From the NCBI GenBank assembly GCA_036517595.1, contig DATDVJ010000032.1, forward strand, positions 1 through 50,091: a DNA stretch of 50,091 nucleotides. Direction: 5' to 3'. The notes under the pieces are model-generated. The model was given only the letters and a program-made list of their open reading frames with translations, was not told where the DNA came from and did not search any database. The stretch's first letter is position 1. The number at the start of each line of letters is the position of its first letter. Origin of the DNA: Minisyncoccota bacterium (GTDB lineage Bacteria > Patescibacteriota > Minisyncoccia > Phycocordibacterales > JACOZG01). Positions 47,339 to 50,091 of the stretch are shown piece by piece. Both the position numbers and the translations under genes were made by a program.

Positions 47339-48665
47339 GGGCACCACCTCCTTTCTTTTCTTTGATCAGACCTTCTTTGGATAATCTCACGATCAGTTTT
47401 TTTGCCTCATTTTTTGTGGCCCCCATCTTTATTAACGTTGAGACACTCACGGCATCATCCTTTTTGATGAGGGCAGACAAGGCATCGAAAGCTGATTTAT
47501 CCAATAACGTTTGGCCAGCCTCGGCCTTAACTAAGATACCACCAAAGACTTCCTGTCTCAAGATGATGGGGTGGACAAATGAAAAAAGGTGGTTCTCTCC
47601 AATCACTGGGTCAAGCCTATTGATGAGGACAGTTTTAACACCTTGTGGGCCAATACAGTGGTAATCCTGACCGTTGCTTGAATTTGCTTCTTCAACTTGG
47701 CAACCACCAGTACAAAACTTCACATGCGGGCAGGCTTTGCAGCGCTCGACATATTGTCTGTCTCGGCAATCCACCATTCTTGCCCAGGTTTTTTCGAGGC
47801 CTTCTTCTAAGACATTCCCGTATTTAAGGGCTGAATGCCCACATGGTCTAATTTCTCCGTTTGCCCCAATTGACGCACTAGTCACACCGGCGGTACATTT
47901 CCGTCTGGCGAGATATCGATATTTTTCGACATCTCCTAAGGCACACCAGGGGTAGTGCTCAAACACATCGACATCATAACCCCATTTCTTCTTGAGTTCG
48001 TAGAGTGCTGTTAAACTGTCTCTCAGTTCTCGAATAGAAATAAGATTCTGGGAAAAGCCAATGGCGATTGGCCCTGGAGCACAAGCCCGAGTCGCTCCGA
48101 ATTTTGCCGCACCCCAACTTCCAACCAGATCGCCAGTGTCCCTTAGCGTAGAGATATTCCATTTTGTCAGAACCATGTTGACGAGCACCCGGAAGCCCAT
48201 CTTGATCGCCAGCTTTATATTATTTGTTGCTAGTTGCCAACTACCAGGAATTTGAGTTATGCCATCATGCACCCGTGCGTTGCTTGAGAGCAAGCTAGTC
48301 ATGATGCTGGTGATTCCCACTGCTCTTAATTGTAAACCTAGGCGCTCACTAAAAAGCGTTAGGTTCGAATTTAGGGTTATTCCCATGCCTGATTCTTTGC
48401 ATCTTCTAATTAGATGCAGTGATAAATCTGGCACGACTAGAGGTTCGCCACCGGTTACCACTACCCTAATGATTTGATTTTTCTCGAATTCTTCAACAAG
48501 CCGATCCAGATCCCGAAGAGACATTGTTTTGCGTGGAGAATCTTCGTGTCGGAAGTAGTTGTAACAATGTCTACAGATGTGATTGCAACACTCGGTAATT
48601 TCCACCTGAACGTTTATCGGACTTTTCAATGTCCTAAACATGACAACTTTATCCTTTCTTTTCAA
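47316..48665 (-). CDS. Radical SAM / SPASM-domain peptide-modifying enzyme with a C-terminal PqqD-like (RRE) domain
   Basis: C27-x3-C31-x2-C34 (CNHICRHC) and GGEPL. SPASM motif C309-x2-C-x5-C-x3-C322 (CKACPHVKFCTGGC) plus upstream Cys257 and Cys275. Residues about 360-435 look like a wHTH RRE. The start is TTG 48665 or ATG 48641. Confidence 0.9.
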   Translation of the reverse strand: MKRKDKVVMFRTLKSPINVQVEITECCNHICRHCYNYFRHEDSPRKTMSLRDLDRLVEEFEKNQIIRVVVTGGEPLVVPDLSLHLIRRCKESGMGITLNSNLTLFSERLGLQLRAVGITSIMTSLLSSNARVHDGITQIPGSWQLATNNIKLAIKMGFRVLVNMVLTKWNISTLRDTGDLVGSWGAAKFGATRACAPGPIAIGFSQNLISIRELRDSLTALYELKKKWGYDVDVFEHYPWCALGDVEKYRYLARRKCTAGVTSASIGANGEIRPCGHSALKYGNVLEEGLEKTWARMVDCRDRQYVERCKACPHVKFCTGGCQVEEANSSNGQDYHCIGPQGVKTVLINRLDPVIGENHLFSFVHPIILRQEVFGGILVKAEAGQTLLDKSAFDALSALIKKDDAVSVSTLIKMGATKNEAKKLIVRLSKEGLIKEKKGGGAHDDPDSS

Positions 48666-48678
48666 AGACCCAATCTCC

Positions 48679-48696
48679 GGCCAGTTACAATTCTGG
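48679..48696. repeat. 18-nt hairpin repeat GGCCAGTTACAATTCTGG, copy 2 (5' of the rSAM gene)
   Basis: Exact 18-mer, lying 14 nt upstream of the TTG at 48665. There is no U-tract here. Confidence 0.85.
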
Positions 48697-48734
48697 TCTA
48701 TCTATTGTCCATCCTATACCCGCTATGATTGATG

Positions 48735-49682
48735 TCAATGATAAATTCTCAAATACCCATCCATATAAATTTTAGTCTGCCAACCAGGAGTATTATTTGA
48801 TCTTAACTCTTCTTTACTTGGGTCACGCAAAAAACTTAGCAGTGCACCGTTTAGTAGTACCGGACGATTTTTCCAATTCGCTTTGATGGAACCAAGATTA
48901 ATTATCCAGCAATTTAAGTCATCATTTTCTATTCCCCTTTTCGCCACTATTTCGATCATTCGATCCAGTTTGATTTTAAGATTATCAGGCAAATGATGTT
49001 TAAACTTAGAGTGATACGCTAGATCAATATTTTTTTGTCCAAAGTATGTTTCAAGTTTGACCGCATCACCATTGATTAAGACTACCGTATATTGTTCATT
49101 TTGAAATTCTTGCTTTAACTGATTTACTTTACCTTGGTCGAGGTTGCTAATTCGAAACAATTTAATTTTCAGATCGACTAAATTCTCATTTGCAATATCG
49201 AGTGAAGTATTGCTATTATCAATGCCAAAGAAAATAATTTTTTGGTTATTCCCCTTTTCCCGTAGTTTAATAATTAGTTGTCTCTCAATCTCCATCGAAC
49301 CAGAACCAATACTAACGAGAATCAAGTGCCGTCCGGGCTGATTCAGCTCTGCAATTTGTTTTAAAATCTCTTTTCTGATTCGACCCAAAACGTCTGGGAA
49401 CTTCCATTTTTCAATTTCGAGTAATTCTTTCTGAAGCATTCGCTCCCACTTACCGTTACTTAAATGAAAATCGGAAAGTTCCAACAGTCGTTTACCATCC
49501 AGAGTAGGACGCACCTTTCTGAACCAATGCCAAAAATCACGGAAGCGATACAGAGAACGAAAAAAGTTTAGATTGGCTTCGAGGGCATACGAATTTTCAC
49601 ACTGGCCGCTTTTCTTGTGTATTTCAAGATCAACAATGATCTCGTCAAGTAATTGTTTTCTGACCAAATATTTACTATTCAT
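48735..49682 (-). CDS. Putative class I SAM-dependent methyltransferase
   Basis: Motif I-like LILVSIGSGSMEIE, post-I acidic IIFFGIDNS, and motif II-like VVLINGDAV. The assignment rests on motif resemblance only. Confidence 0.5.
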   Translation of the reverse strand: MNSKYLVRKQLLDEIIVDLEIHKKSGQCENSYALEANLNFFRSLYRFRDFWHWFRKVRPTLDGKRLLELSDFHLSNGKWERMLQKELLEIEKWKFPDVLGRIRKEILKQIAELNQPGRHLILVSIGSGSMEIERQLIIKLREKGNNQKIIFFGIDNSNTSLDIANENLVDLKIKLFRISNLDQGKVNQLKQEFQNEQYTVVLINGDAVKLETYFGQKNIDLAYHSKFKHHLPDNLKIKLDRMIEIVAKRGIENDDLNCWIINLGSIKANWKNRPVLLNGALLSFLRDPSKEELRSNNTPGWQTKIYMDGYLRIYH

Positions 49683-49843
49683 ATTCTAAACGAACTCCAA
49701 AAGATGGTCAGGATTGAGAAATAAAAGAAACTCCGATTAGTGATACTGCCGCGGTTACTCAACAAAACCGTGAAGCCCAAGACGCCAATACCGGCGATCA
49801 CCACGCCGACCGAAAGCAGATCAAGATTTTTCAGGATGTCCAT
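49679..49843 (-). pseudogene. 54-codon N-terminal fragment of a paralogous sensor kinase, ATGA-coupled to the methyltransferase start
   Basis: MDILKNLDLLSVGVVIAGIGVLGFTVLLSNRGSITNRSFFYFSILTIFWSSFRI compares with the kinase N-terminus MDILKNLDLLWVGLAVITITILGFVVFLNNRKSITNKTF... The upstream TATAAT and 8-nt spacer are also conserved. Its TGA (49679-49681) overlaps the ATG at 49680-49682. Confidence 0.6.
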
Positions 49844-49962
49844 TAGGATAGATTATAACAAGGTTGACAAAAATATCCAACTTGATAACATCAGTTCTAG
49901 AAAGTCGAGATCGGCTCGATGGGGTTTGCTCTTTACTACTGCGACGAAAGGGGGTGATAACA

Positions 49963-50091
49963 ATGCAGACCAAAGAAGTAACTTGGATCGGTCCTCGTTA
50001 CAACAAGGGTGGTGGAAACGGTGGTAGTGGCACCGGACAAACCGGCGGTAACGGGGGTGGAACCAGCACGGGCAACAATGGCTCGGGCGGT
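49963..50091 (+). CDS. 5' part of a Gly/Asn/Thr-rich low-complexity protein (runs off the window)
   Basis: The ATG at 49963 is preceded by AAAGGGGGTGA. MQTKEVTWIGPRYNKGGGNGGSGTGQTGGNGGGTSTGNNGSGG has no stop before the window end. TTGACA-N16-TAACAT lies at 49864-49891. Confidence 0.45.
   Translation, partial: MQTKEVTWIGPRYNKGGGNGGSGTGQTGGNGGGTSTGNNGSGG

Overview
This is a gene-dense, mostly housekeeping chromosomal segment from a small-genome bacterium. Gene content and compact overlapping operons are reminiscent of Patescibacteria/CPR, but that is inference only. The genetic code is standard: TGA terminates mazF, the helicase and the rSAM gene.

Core genes:
- Seven aminoacyl-tRNA synthetases: cysS, gltX, trpS, tyrS, a bacterial-type aspS, a second archaeal-type AspRS, and asnS.
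- Replication and recombination: dnaB, recR, rmuC, and a UvrD-like helicase-nuclease.
- A dcw fragment (mraY-ftsW-murG) plus a PBP5-like carboxypeptidase and scpAB.
- Ribosomal proteins L21, L9 and L27.
- A ZnuABC-like metal importer followed by two tandem M14 carboxypeptidases.
- corA and several M23/S41/M16 peptidases.

I found no tRNA, rRNA or CRISPR array by eye.

Two accessory patches stand out:
1. Region 0.2-2.9 kb holds a decayed IS1595 transposase, a restriction-endonuclease remnant, a membrane bPH-AlbA_2 fusion protein and mazEF.
2. Region 40.2-50.1 kb is a mosaic punctuated by three pieces of sensor-kinase genes: a 3' remnant, a full gene and a 5' fragment. It also carries an IS remnant, an extra AspRS/AsnRS pair and, most interestingly, a compact RiPP-like cluster on the minus strand.

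The RiPP-like cluster runs methyltransferase, then radical-SAM/SPASM enzyme with a C-terminal RRE-like domain, then a previously untracked 48-aa acidic Cys/Asp-rich peptide ORF (47192..47338), then a terminator, then an HExxH protein. The peptide ORF overlaps the rSAM stop codon and has its own GGAGGTG ribosome-binding site.
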